A DNA stretch of 64,000 nucleotides from Bacteroidia bacterium (GTDB lineage Bacteria; Bacteroidota; Bacteroidia; M30B66). The notes under the pieces are model-generated. The model ran no database searches. It saw nothing but the letters and a program-made list of their open reading frames with translations, and was not told where the DNA came from. The position numbers and the translations under genes were made by a program. The stretch covers positions 1,824,001 to 1,888,000 of the forward strand of contig OZ257142.1 in the NCBI GenBank assembly GCA_965279035.1, read 5' to 3'. Positions 17,333 to 32,300 of this stretch are shown here, piece after piece (position 1 is the stretch's first letter; each line of letters begins with the position of its first letter).

Positions 17333-20300
17333 ATGAAGAACTTCAACTCCACCACCATGATGCTTACCCGTATTCGTTTAACCTGCTTGTTAGTACTTGC
17401 CGGTTTATCTGCTTTTGCGCAGACTACCGTTACCTACACCCAGCAACAGGCAAACTACTACACCACTTTTACTGCCGGTACTGCTGGTAACTTCAACCAA
17501 GGCTCTTTCCAACTTGGGATGTATGCCAATGCTGGAGGTACAAAACAAGTAGCATCATTTCGTAAATTTCGAACGGATGGTTCGGGTTCATCTACCGGTG
17601 ATCGGAGTATGAAAGTCGGTGATCAGTTTGTAGTCACCTTATCGGCTACTCGTGCCTATGGTAGAATCGGTTTCTCCCTTTTGGCTTCTCCAAGTGCAAC
17701 TACTGCTTGGACCGATCGGGAAAACAATTATGCGATGAGCATGAATTTGGACGGAAATTCCGGAGCTTGGGGTAACTGGTATGCGAAGTACAATGGCGGT
17801 GGAACTTCTGCAGGATCGGCAAACGTAGCTGGACAACAAACTACCTATAAAAATTTCACTTTCACTCTTACGCTTACAGCTCCAGATCGGATGAATGCCA
17901 CCTGGACAGATGGAACAACAACTAGTAATCTCTACGATATTCAATTAAATACTTCCAACCCGATTACCGACTATTGCGTGTTTTTGGAAGACGACTGGGA
18001 TGGCGGAGCAAATCGAAACATCTACTGGGGATTAGGAGCAGTAGGAACTCAACACACATTAACCAATACAGGTAACTGTACTATTGGACAAAGCAATTCT
18101 TCCTTTACAACTTCAGGAGTAATTTTTAACGGACTCGATGCCAATAGCGCATCCACCAATAGCTTAAACAACAACTTAGTAAAAAGCGGAACTGGTACAC
18201 TCACCTTGAGCGGCGCTAATACATATGTTGGAACTACAACAGTAAATGGTGGTTCACTTCTATTAGGTGCATCCGGTGTGATTCCTGATGCAAGTAATGT
18301 AACTCTTAATGGTGGAACCTTGAGTTCTGGATCCGGTGCAGGTTTTACAGAAGTCATGGGGACTTTGAACCTTAGCGCCAATTCAACCTTAGCTCTCGGA
18401 ACAGGAGCACATACAATCACTTTTGCTAATTCCAGTGCTGTTTCTTGGACAGCCAATACGATCCTTACTGTTACTGGTTGGACAGGTACCAATAATGGAA
18501 ATTCATCTGGAACAGCAGGGAAGCTGTTTGTTGGAAATGGCTTTGGCGGATTGACAGGTATTCAATTATCAAGAATTCGATTTAATATCAGCGGTACTTT
18601 GTATGGAGCCATGCAATTGAGTACAGGTGAAGTGGTACCTACAGGTGGAACGGTTTTATACTATGGTGGTGCAAATGGTACTTGGACTGGAAGTTTATGG
18701 AGTGTTAATGAAGGTGGACCATATACTACAGCATGGACATCTGGTTGTCATGCTGTAATGAATTTAACTTCAGGAGCAAATACTCTTACTGGAGCTACTA
18801 CTAACATTGCTGCAATTACTGTAAATGCTGCGGTAACATATGCAATAGGAGGTACTTGGAGTATGGGTCCTGCAGGTGCTGCCGTTGCTCCAATATACGT
18901 AGATAATGGGGTAACATTTTCAATGCTTGGTCAGGGAATTTCAGTTACAGCTGGAAATGGTATAATAAAAAATGGTTCAGGGATTTTACAAGGCGCCAAT
19001 GGTAATAATTACTTAGGTGGATTTACAATTAACAATGGAATGTTTGCCATTGGTGGAATTAATTCCATGGGAAATGGTGGAACTTTAAATATTAATGGTG
19101 GAACATTAGCCGGAACTGCAAATCGTGATTTAACAGGAAAATTTAGTTCAATAACTATTGGTGGAGATTTTACATTAGGTTCATCTACTTCTCCTGCATC
19201 AGGTACTGCAACATTAACTTTTACAAATAATACAGCTTTAGGAAGTTCTGTTACACGTACAATCACATTAGGTGGAACTGGTTTAATTACTTGGAATGGT
19301 ATCATCAGTGGTACTAGTTCTAACTTAACGATTGGTGCTACTGCAGCGGGTTCTATGTCGCTTGGTGGAGTTAATACATTTGGAGGAAACTTTACAGTCA
19401 ATGCAGCATCAAGTACCATTACACTCGCAGCAGCAAATTCATATGGTGGAGGAACAGTTGTTAATGCTGGTACATTAAAACTTACTATTTCTTCTGCAAT
19501 CCCATCAGGTTCGGCATTAAGTTTTGCGAATACATCAGGAGCAATTCTCGATTTAACTACGACTGCTTTAACACACACTGTTGCCTCTCTTTCGGGTGGT
19601 GGCTCAACTGGTGGTAATATCAGCTTTGGCGCTCCAGCTACAGGCGAAGTGTTAACAATCAATCAATCAGGTAACACAACGTATTCAGGTTTAATTAGTG
19701 GTAACGGTTCAATCACCAAAACAGGTGCTGGAATCTTAACCTTTGGTCATACTGCTAATACTTATACAGGTTCTACAACCATTTCGGCTGGAGAGCTTCG
19801 CTTGAACCCAAGCACAACCACAGCTACATTTGCTTCACCCGTAATTTTAAGTGGTGGTAAATTGAGCACTACTTCGATTACAGCTGCTACAACTTTCACT
19901 AGCTCATCAACCTTAAAACTTAACGCAAGCAGCAGCATCGACTTAGGTTCGAATGCGCATTCCTTGAAATTTGCTGCTTCGAACGGTGTTGCTTGGACAG
20001 GTGCAACTACCTTAACAATCAATGGTTGGACAGGTACAGGAGGAGCAACAGGAACTGCTGGTAAAATCTTTTTCGGTTCTGCAGTAGGAACACTTACAGG
20101 AACTCAATTAGGGCAAATCACATTTACTGGTTATACGGGAACACCTATCCTTTTATCAACAGGAGAATTGGTTCCTCCAGTTCCGTCAGTTACCTATACA
20201 TGGACTGGTGGTGCAGGAGATTTTCTTTGGACAAGTCCAGCCAACTGGAGTCCTGGAACAAGTACAGCAGGCGTTGGTCCAACAGCTACCGACAATGTTG

Positions 20301-23300
20301 TTATTCCGGTTGCAACAAACATGTTAAACTTAAACGTTGCTAAAACGGCAGCGAATTTCACATTAAGTGGAACAGGAAGTTTCCAAGTAGGAGCATCAGG
20401 CTCGCTTACAGTAACAGGTACATTAACGAATTCAAGTTCGGCTACACCAACATTTAACTGTGGTTCAACATTCACAGTAAGCAGTGCTGGACAAACCATC
20501 CCTGCATGGAATTACGGAAACTTGGTATTGAGTGGTACAACAGCCACATTAGCAAGTTCAGGAACGATTGGTATTTGCGGAAGTTACACACCTTCTGCTA
20601 CTACCACTGTAACAGGAAGTACTGTTGATTTCAATGGTTCTACCGCTCAAAGTATTTTAACCAATGCAGCGGTATTCAATAATTTAACGATTTCGAATAC
20701 GGCATCAACTGTAACATCGGGAGTAAACGTAACGGTAAACGGAACAGGAACGATTAATTCAAGTGCTACCTTTATTCAATCGGCAGGAACTTTTGCAGCC
20801 AATGCAGTTGCCACAACGGTTAATGGTACATTACGAGTTACAAGTACAGGGGCAGCAACAGGTTCGGCAGCGAACTTAATTTTCAGCTCTACTGGAACTT
20901 ATGATCATAATCGGGATGGAGGAGCAATTCCATCGGCTTCTTGGAATGCAACTTCTAATTGTAATATCACCGGTATTAACGCAACATTGTGTACAAACAC
21001 AGCTCAAACATTTGGTAACTTCTTATGGAATTGTCCTTCATCGTCGACAACATTTAACTTTGGAGCTGCATTAATGACCAATGTTGTAGGGCTTTGTGAG
21101 ATAAGAAATACGAATGGAGCTACAGGTACACTGGGTTTTGATGCAACTAGAACTTGGACTGGAAATTTATCGATCACAGGTGGTAGAATTGCATTAACAA
21201 GAACGGGTTCAGCAACAAGTTCTTCTTTAACTGTCAATAATTTTACATTAGATAATACAAGCGATGCCAACGCACGATTTACACTTGGAGGAAATGCTTC
21301 TAATGTGGCATCAACTCTCACTGTAAATGGAACCTTCACTATTACATTGGGACAAAATGCGGCTGTCTCTCCAATTATAGTTTACGGAGGATTAGCAGGA
21401 ACTGAGAATGTTAATGTAGTAGGTAATTTCTCTCAAACGGGAGCTTTCACAGGATCTATAGGAGGTTCTTCAAGCAGAAACTTCAATTTTACGGGTGCTG
21501 GAACAAGAACAATATCTTGGGCAAGTTCAACTTTATGGGGTTCTGTTGCTGTTAATGTAAATAGTCCAGCCATTATAGATATTGCAAACTATGTATTAAA
21601 TAACACGGGTACATTCACACTAAACTCTGGAGCAGGTATCATCACAGCCAATGTCAATGGATTAACCACTTCGGGAGCAACAGGATCAATTCAATCGTCT
21701 GGTTCACGTACGTATACTTCAGGTGCTAACTATACCTATAATGGTACTGCGTCACAAGCAACTGGAAATGGATTAAATCAAAATACACCAACCAATGTTA
21801 ATATTGATAATACTGCAGGAGTAACGCTTTCTGGAGCAACAACCATAAGCGGTGTATTAACTTTGACTAACGGGAAGTTGGATATTGGTGCAAATGATTT
21901 GACTTTGAGTAGTGTCGGATTAGGAAGTGTAACGGGAGCGAGTTCATCCAAATACATTATTACTTCTGGAGCGGGACAATTACTAAGAGCAATTTCAACT
22001 GGAGGATATCCTTTAACCTATACCTACCCGGTTGGAGATGCAAGCAACTATACACCAGCAGCATTCAATTTTACTTCTGGCGGAACTGCTCGCAATATTG
22101 GAGTACGAGTAGTAAATACAGTACATCCGAGCAATACTCCTTCAACCGATTATGCCAACCGTTATTGGGCTGTAAGCAATAGTAATGCAGCTGGCACTTT
22201 TGCTTATACTCCTACGTTTACGATTGTTGATCCAGGAGATATTGGAGCTGGTTCGTATGCCAACATGAAAATAAATCGTTGGAATGGTACTTCTTGGACT
22301 CAATATGATACATCACCCAATACTACGTTTAGCACTCCTGATTTTACCTTAACTTCTACACTTATTCAGTTCACAATTGTCAATGGTGGTACTAATGAAT
22401 TTGCTATTCGCTTAAACAATCCAGCAATCAATTACACTTGGAACGGAGGTACAAGTTCATCGTGGACTACAACAACCAACTGGACACCGAATGGAACTCC
22501 AGGTGTGAATGATAATATTACCATTCCAGATGTTGCATCATATACCAATGAATTGATTGTAAGTGGTTCAAAAACAGTAACCGATTTCACAGTAAGCGCA
22601 AATGGAAAGTATACTTTAGGTGCTGCCAGTTCATTAAATGTTGCAGGAAACTATACCTATAGCAGTTCAACTGCTCCAACATTTGATTGTACTAGCACAT
22701 TGAGTTTGAGTTCAGCTTCAAGTCAAACTGTACCAGCACATAATTATGGTCATTTAAATTTAAGTGGGGGAGATCGCGTTTTAGCAAGCAGTGGAACGAT
22801 AGGAATTTGCGGAAATTATACTCCAAGCAGTGGTGTTACAACCATAACAGGAAGCACTGTTGATTTCAATGGTACATCGGCACAAACGATCATTACCAAT
22901 GCGGCATCATTTAATAATCTAACCATTTCCAATACTTCATCTACAGTAACTGCCAGTGTGAATGTTACAATCAATGGAACTGCTACGATTAACTCGAGCG
23001 CAACGTATGTTCAATCGGCCAATACATTAACCATCGCAGCAGCAACAACCACCAATGTAAATGGAACCTTACGTAATTCGGGAGGAACTATTACTAACAG
23101 TGGCACTTTAAACTTCAATGCATCGTCTATATATGACCATGCACGCGATGGTGGAGCAGTACCAACAGCTACTTGGAATGCTACTTCAAACTGTAATATC
23201 ACCGGTATTAATGCAACATTATGTACAAACACAGCTCAAACATTTGGTAATTTCTTGTGGAATTGTCCTTCATCGTCGACATCATTTAACTTTGGAGCAG

Positions 23301-26300
23301 CATTAATGACCAATGTTGTAGGACTTTGTGAAATAAGAAATACGAATGGAGCAACAGGTACACTAGGTTTTGATGCAACAAGAACTTGGACAGGAAATTT
23401 ATCGATCACAGGTGGAAGAATTGCATTAACCAGAACGGGTTCTGCAACAAGTTCCTCTTTAACTGTCAATAATTTTACATTAGATAATACGAGCGATGCG
23501 AATGCACGTTTTACTATTGGCGGAAGTGGTTCGAACGTTTCAGCGGTATTAACTACCAATGGTAATTTTACCATGGTTATGGGTCAAAATGCAGCAGCTA
23601 CTCCAGTTATAGTTTATGGTGGTATTTTAGGAACTGAAAATATTATCGTTAAAGGTAATTTTAGTCATAGTGGTTCAGGAACAGGAACCATCAGTAGATC
23701 TGGAACAGGAGGAACATCCGAAACATTCACATTTACACCAACAGGAGCTCAAACATTCACAAGTGCAAATGCTAGTTTATTTGGATTATGTGATGTAGTT
23801 CTTAATGGAACTGGATCTTTAGCTTTTGATGCAACAAGTATCATCGCCAATACAACTGGAGCTACGCCAACAGTAGGTCGATTTACCTTGGCTTCTGGGG
23901 CAACAATTATAACAGCAAATACAGGTGGTTTATCCCTTACCGGTTCTACAGGTAGTATACAATCAGGAGGAACTAGAACATACAATGCTGCCGCGAATTA
24001 CACTTACAATGGTAGTTCTGCTCAGATAACCGGTTTAGGTTTGGTTCAAGCGAATAATTTAACAATCAACAATGCCGCAGGAGTTACTTTATCGGCAGGA
24101 ACAACAATAACAAACAATGTCAACCTGAGCAATGGTGTTTTAACATTGAATACGGCTGATTTAATTATCAATAACGCAGCAACAATCACGGGAACTTTTG
24201 GACCAACTGCCATGATTGCAACCACTGGTTCAGCATCGAGAAGCTCAGGAAGAGTTATGCGCATGTTCCCATCAGGAACTTCTAGTGGATCTTTCACTTT
24301 CCCATTAGGAGATATTACAGGAACAGCTGAATATTCTCCTATAACTATTTCTCTATCTTACACTGGAGCTACATTGCCTCCTTATGTTGCCTATAAAGTA
24401 AAAGATGCACAAAATCCAAGTGATCCATCCATTACAAATTATATCAGCAGATATTGGGAAGTAACTTCCAATTTATATTCAGCTACAGGTATTTCGTTTA
24501 CAACTACATCAACCTATGTAACAGCCGATATTGTAGGAACTGAAACTTTAATAGAACCGAATCGCCTTTCTCAATCGGGTGTTGATATCGGTACTTGGTA
24601 TGAAGATGCTACCGGAAGTGCTGGTTCAAACACACTCAATGGAGCAACCTTAACTTCTGCAAACGATTTCAATGATGATGATTTAACGGGAAGATTAACA
24701 GTACCAATTTATTTCCGTTCGAATGTTGCTACAGGCAATTTTGAAAGCCCGGGTTCATGGTTAGTATCTACCGATCCTGCTTTCCTTGCACCTGTTGGAA
24801 CAACTACTACTGCATCTCCAACATATAGTAATTGTGATGGTATTGAAATTATGAGTGGTCATAATATTACCATTGCTGCTGCAGCCGGAATTGATCAAGC
24901 AACGGTAAATTCTGGAGGAACATTAACGATTGGTGCAGGAGCTACTTTGGTTGTATACAACGGAACCGGTACCGATTTACAAGTGAATGGTTCTTTGGTC
25001 AATCAATCGAGCATTGCTGTAACATTAGCAGGAACTCTTGTAATTGGATCTACTGGTTTGTACAATCATAACATCAACAGTGGAACTATTCCTAGTGCAA
25101 CATGGACTGCAGGTTCAAATTGTTTGATTTCAGGAATGACCACAACAGCACCATCTGGATTAGGTCAAGCATTTTCTGATTTCACGTTTAACTCAACATT
25201 ATCTGCAAGCAATAGCTTAAGCAGCGCTTTAACGAATGTTGGAAGAGACTTAACTATCAATGGAACTGGCGGTTTCACTTTAGGTTTAACATCAACTACA
25301 GCTTTAGCATTAACTGTTGGTAGAGATCTGAATGTAACATCAGGCTTCCTAACATTAGTTACTGGAGCAAATACCAATACTGTTTCACTTACTGTTTCGG
25401 GGGATTTAAAAATCTCTGGAAATGGTGGATTCTCCATCGCTGGTGGATCATCATCAGGAGCTGGTTCAACTACTTTAACTGTAAATGGATTAGTTAATAA
25501 TACTTCTTCTTCTGGTACTTCGTTCGTGATGTCGGGAGCATCTAAAATTGTTACTGCAACCATAGCTAATGGATATTCTCAAAGTTCAGGAACGGCTTCT
25601 ATGTCGCAAGGTTCTGGAGCAACTACATTAACCATTGCAACAGGTGGATTTACATTAAGTGGCACCGGTTCTTTCAATATGAACAATGGTGGAACGGGTG
25701 GAGCAACAATGAACATTACTTCTGGAGATTTCACACAATCTGCGGGTAACTTTAATCTCTGTGCTTCTAGTACTGGACCAGCTTATATCAACCAGAATAA
25801 TGCAGCCAACGGAATGGTATTATCTGGTGGAACAATGAATGTTTTACTTGGAAATTCTGTTACGTATGCGAATCGCCCAATCATCACCTTGGCTGGTTCA
25901 TTTAGTCAAAGCGGCTCCCATGCATTTGATTGGGGCGGAGGTTCTGTATCAAATACAGCAAGTCCATACCCAGCCGAATTAAGAGTTGCTAAAGATTTCT
26001 CACGTGCAGGAACATCTACTATCAACTGTAGTAGCGGAAGTGTGACGAATAAAGGCTTGATCTTATTCAATGGAACACAAAACATTTCCTCGCTTTCAAC
26101 AGGTACATTTAATAAAACAGAGACTCAAATTTCAGGTACTTCAACACTGAATAACGACTTCACCATGACTTCTGGTGCGAACACCGTTTTCACGATTAAT
26201 TCGGGAGGTCGTTTAAATACAAACAATTATGTAGTATCAGCTCCAGGAGGTACACCAACCTTTACTTTATCAAGTGGAGGTACTATTTCTTTAACTGCAG

Positions 26301-29300
26301 CTTCTGGAACTAGTAATTCAACTGGAAACATACAGATCAATGCCCCAACCTATAATGCTGGAGGTAACTACTTGTTCGAAGGAAGTACTTCAGGTATGGT
26401 TACTGGACCTTATTTACCTGCTTCTGTAACAGGAAATATAACTATCAATAATAGCAATGGGGTAACACTTTCGAATAACCTTACTATAGGTGCTGCAAGT
26501 GTTCTTACTTTAACCTCTGGTGTATTCGATCTTGGAACTAGCAATCTAATTTTAACATCGGGTGCAACGATTAGTAACTATGCTATTTCTCGTTACATTA
26601 AAACAAGTAGCACTGGAACAATTCGTCAAACTTTAGCTACCAATACACCTGTTCTTTTCCCAGTTGGGAATAGTGGGTACAATCCTATAACTTTGAGTCA
26701 ATCGGGAGCTAGCGATAATTATACGCTTCGTATGATTGATGGAGCTATTTCTGGATTGAGTCCAAATGATGTTACTAAGACAATCAATCGTAATTGGTCG
26801 TTTACACGAACAAGCTCAAGCATTGTAAGCATTACAGCAAGTTCTATCTCTTATAATGTAGGTGAAGAAAACAATGCAACAAACTTTAATGCTGGCACTC
26901 AACCGTATTATGGTTTATACAATGGTGCTTTATGGGTTCAAGCTACAGCCACACAAGGAGCGCAAACATTCACCTCTGCCAATGCTGTTTCTTCCTCAAC
27001 TTCTACAAGTTTCAATGTAGCAATGGGTAAAGATGATGCCTTTATTAATCCATCTACTACGTATACTTGGGTTGGTAACGGAGCTGCTGGCGATTGGACA
27101 GATCCGAATAACTGGAATCCAAGTACATCACTTGCAGGTCCTCTTCCGGGCGATAACATCATCATTAATGCTCCAGGTACTGCAAGTAATAATTTGAATT
27201 TGAATATTTCTAAAACCGTTACCGATGTTACATTCAATGGAACTGGCGTTATGGCTTTAGGAGCATCAGGTAGTTTAACCATTAATGGTACTGTAACATA
27301 CGGAGGTAGCTTTAGTGCAACTCTCAATTGTAGTAGTACAATCAATTATGCGAATACTACTGCTCTAACAATCCCGCCATTTAACTATGGAAATTTGGTG
27401 AACGCCAATGCATCAGTAAGAACATGGGCAGCAAGTGCTACAACTGGTATTTGCGGAACTCTAACAGCAGGAATTGGATCAACATTCACAGCTGGTGCAG
27501 GTAGTACAGTTGATTATAATGGAACAGGTGCACAAACAGTTGTTAATCTCAATTATAATAACCTAACGATCAGTCAAAATAGAGGAGGAGCTACTGTTAC
27601 TTTAGCTTCTGGAACTATTGATGTTGCAGGTACATTTAACCCAAGTTTGAGTAACAATTCTATTTCTTATTCAGGAAATACAATTAATTTCTCAGGTTCT
27701 GCAGGACAAGGAATTCCAGCCTTTACATATAATAACATCACAAGTTCAAATCTTGCTCGTACATGGGCAAATTCAGGGGTGATTGATGTAAATGGGACTT
27801 TTGCAATTCCATCTTCCGGTGTGCAAACTGTAACAGGAAGTACTGTTCGCTATTCTAGTACTGCAGCTGGAACAATTACTTTAACAAGTTTCTCTAGTTC
27901 TGCAACACCACGTCATTACAATAATTTAGAAATAGTTGGTGGAGCTTCTTCTATCTGGAACTTAGCTTCTGGATTTAATTTAGGATGCGCTGGTAATTTC
28001 GATTTAACTGGCGCAGGTACATTTACAGTTGCTGTTAATGCCACAGCAAATTCAATGACTGTGGATGGAAATTTAACTGTAAGTGGTTCTGGTAATTTGA
28101 TTATAGCCAATACAGCTACAGCAACTTTAGTCAACAATTTAACTGTTACAGGAAACACAACCATCAGTAATGGATTGCTTACTTGTATTGGTGCTTCTAG
28201 TAGTACTACTGTTCAAGGAAATTTAAGTACGACTGATCTAACCATTAGTGGTTCAGGAGCAGTAAACCTTGATGCAGCAAGTAATACAGCAAGTGCTGCC
28301 ATTACGGTTAATGGAAATATGAGTGTTACCAGTACTTCGGCCAGTGCAGTAAACTTTGGATCAGGTACTAATAATGCAAACAACGTATTCAACCTTAAAG
28401 GAAACCTAAGTAAATCTGGAACAGGTTCATTTAATTGTACTGGAACCTTCAATTCTACTACAGGTTTCTTCTTCAATAATGGGAGTGGAACACAGCAGTT
28501 TAGTTATGCAGGAACTGCAATGACAGCTGCGAATATCAATGTTTCAGCAGCGAGTACCTTGCAGTTAATGAGCAGCTTTAATTTAGGTTCTGCTGGTGCA
28601 AGTAGCTTAAATGTTGTGGGAACAGGTGTTCTTATTATGGGAACCAATGTAGTAACAGCAGGAAACAGTGCCAATCTCTTCAGCTTGAGTTCAACCGGTA
28701 CCTTGAAAACTGCTAATACATCGGGTGTTATAGGATCGATTGCTGGATTTACCTTTGCGAACTGTACGTTTGCATCAGGTGCTATTTTTGAATTCAATGG
28801 TGCTGCAGCTCAAAACACAGGTGTGTCAACCTTTACAGGAATTACTACTGCAAGTTTTTACACCATTACTTGGACTGGAACAACCAGCTTAACATTGGAT
28901 AAATCTTGGAGTTTAAATACTCTCAATTTCACTAACAGTGGTTTGATTTATTTGGGCACCAATAACTTAACAATTACTTCAGCTGGATCAATTACAGGAG
29001 GTTCATTCTCTGCATCCAAGATGATTGTAACCGACAATACAGGAACATTAGTTAGAAGTGTAACTTCAGTTGGTGTAGGATTACCATTTACTTGGCCAAT
29101 TGGCGAAAATACAGGAACAACAGAATACTCTCCTGTTACAATTGCTTCTTTAGCTTCTGGTGGTATTGCTGGATCCATAGGTTTCAGAGTCGTGGATGGT
29201 ATTCAACCGAATATGAGTCCTGCAACCATCTATGCAAGCAGATACTGGCCATGTACAGTTTCGGGATACAATGCAACTTATACATTAGGAAGTTCGACCT

Positions 29301-32300
29301 TTACTTATGTACCAGGCGATATCGTAGTTGGTCCTGAGTCTTCATTTAAAGGAGATGTTTATAATTCTACAACATCACTTTGGACTGAGTTAGCATCGTC
29401 ATCTGCCGTTTCTAGCGTCTTAACTATTGCATCCGGTTTGAATGGTACTGTAATGCCTACTGGTGGTTCTTCTGCAACGTATGATATTGCACCTAGAGTA
29501 GATGTACCAACGTATTATCAAACAGTAGCTTCTGGCAACTGGACTACTTTAGGTACTTGGGAAATTTCAACAGATCCTGCCTTTGTTTCTCCTGCTGGTT
29601 CACCTGCGGTAAGTGTTCCAACCAACTTGAACAGTGCTGGAATTTTCATTCGAAATGGACATACAGTAACTGTCAACACTAGTTTATCCGGTGATGATGT
29701 TACCATTTATTCTGGTGGTACTTTACAATTAACTGGAAATACATTCACATTGGCTAATGGATCAGCAGCAACCGATTTAACTGTTAATTCAGGAGGAACC
29801 TTGCTTTGTGCTTCTGCAACGAATAACTCACTTGTTGTTGCTTCAGGTGCAAGTATGCAAGTGAATGGATTATTTATGCAAGCTGGCTCTGCTAGTCCTG
29901 ATTTGACAAACAGTGGAACCATCACCATTGGAGCTACTGGAACGTATGAGCATGCTCGAAATGCGGGTATCATTCCAACTTGTACTTGGACTGCAGGTAG
30001 TCTCTGTTTATTATCAGCCGTAACGAATAATGTTCCTTCTGGTTTAGCTCAAAGTTTCCATCACTTCACTGTTAATACAACATTAACAGCAAGCGTAAGC
30101 ACATCTGGAAATCTTCAAACAATTTTGGGTGATTTTAATTTGACTACTAATCACGCATCATTTGCCTTTAGCCTTTCTGCTGGTACATCCTATAGTTTGA
30201 ATGTTTCCGGTGATATGACTATTAACAACGGAATTTTAGATTGTGCGAATAGTGGAGCTGGACCAAATTCAGTTACAGTTACTGGTACAACAACAATGAC
30301 TGGTGCCAATTCTCAAATAACTAAGAAAGGTCCAGCAGCAATGACATGGAATTTCAATGGGAATTATACTCAAAACTCAGGAACATTGGAATTCAATGCG
30401 GGTGGTTCAAGTAACACAACTGTTAACTTTAGAGGGGATGTTGTGATGAACGGGCCTGTTCAAAGAACAAATGGTGGTACACATTTGATGAATTTCTTAA
30501 AGGCAAGCGGTGTTCAGACCTTAAGTCAAGGAACTCCAATTACTACAGCTCAGGCAATTGTTTGGGCAGTAGGAAATGGAACTACAACCAATACAGTTCA
30601 AATGCTTACGGATGTGAACGTTGGAACTTCTGGATCAACAACCTTTACTGTTAATAATGCGGCCACATTAGATTTTCAAGACAAAACTTTATATGGTACT
30701 AATGCACCATTTTCTATGGGGGCAACTGCAACCTTAAAAATGGGTTCTCAATATGGAATAACCACTGCAGCAGTAGGGGCTACTTCTGGTAATTTGCAAA
30801 CTCAAGTAGCTGGAAGGGTTGTTCAAGCGACTGGAACTTTTATCTATAGTGGTACTGTCAATCAGGTTACTGGAAATTTATTGCCTTCAACATTAACTGG
30901 AACTGGTAAATTAACTATTTCAAATACTGGAACAATTGGAAATAATACAGTTACCTTAACTACAACTCCTACAACTACACCAACCTTTAATCTTGTTTCT
31001 GGGTTATTTGCTGCAGGTGTAGGTCAGACATTAAATATTACAAGTGGCGGAACTGTAAATGCTACAGGTGGTGATTTTGTTACAGGAAGTACAGCAGGTT
31101 TTATTAACTTCCCAGGAACTGGCACATGGACAGGTTCATGTAATCCGTATAATGTAAATATTAGTGGTGGAGTTAATTTTGGAGCAGGAACTGTAACCAT
31201 TCAAAATAGTGGTACACTAAAAATAAATGCTGGTGGTTTTGTGTCTACAAACGCACCTTTTTATAATGCTAATTCAAATTTACAATACAATGTAACTTCA
31301 GGAACTACTTATGGTAGAGGTTTGGAATGGTATCAATCCGCAGGCAGAGGTTATCCTGGAAATGTTAGAATTAGTAATAATAATACATTAGATCCAGCCA
31401 ATGGTGGTGGAAATATTAATGGATCTGCCGCTGTAAATACTGTATTAAATTGTGCGGGTAGTCTTACAATTGATGCAGGTTCAAGCATGTACATGGACTT
31501 TGGCGGAAATAATATGCAGGTGAATTTGAATATACTTGGTTCACTAAACATATCGGGCAATCTTTCTTCTTCAGGAACCGCAGGAAAGGATATATATGTT
31601 GGGAGAGATTGGAATTATAATACAGGAGCCTCGTATAATGCAAATACACGTGCCGTTTTCTTAAATGGATCAGTTAACCAGAATGTAGGAGGAACAGCCT
31701 CAACTACTTTCCCATATTTAGTATTAAATAACAGCGCAGGTGCAACACTTACTATTTCTCAAACAGTAAGCAATACACTAACACTTACAAATGGTAAACT
31801 AACTCTTGGGAATTTCGATTTAAATAGCAATGGAACTATCAGTGGTGCATCAACTTCTAATTATGTTGTAACCAATGGAACTGGTCGTTTGAAACAGACC
31901 GTTGCAGCTAGTAACGTTGCTTTCCCTGTTGGAAATTCAACATACAATCCTATAACGTTGAATAATACCGGTACATCGGATGTATATGGTGTAATAGCTA
32001 AAGATGGAGCTGCAGGTAGTGAATCAGATAATACCAAAATTGTTCTCAGAAATTGGGATATAAATGAAGCATCTGCCGGAGGAAGTAATTTAGCAATAAC
32101 TACTCAGTGGAATGCTCCAGTTGCACAAACTGGACAAGAAGCAAGCAATTTTGTAAGAGCGGATGCAAGTCGTTGGATTGGAAATTATACTGGTGGAGTA
32201 TGGACTCAGAATGCTTCATCTTTAGCAGGTAGTGATCCATATACGTATACGGCATCTGGTTTTACCAGCTTAGGTATTTTTGAACCGGGAATTCAAAATG

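Noticed and set aside
20941-23514. Diversity-generating retroelement TR/VR pair
   Set aside because: Both copies are in-frame within one gene, differences are synonymous rather than adenine-specific, and there is no reverse transcriptase
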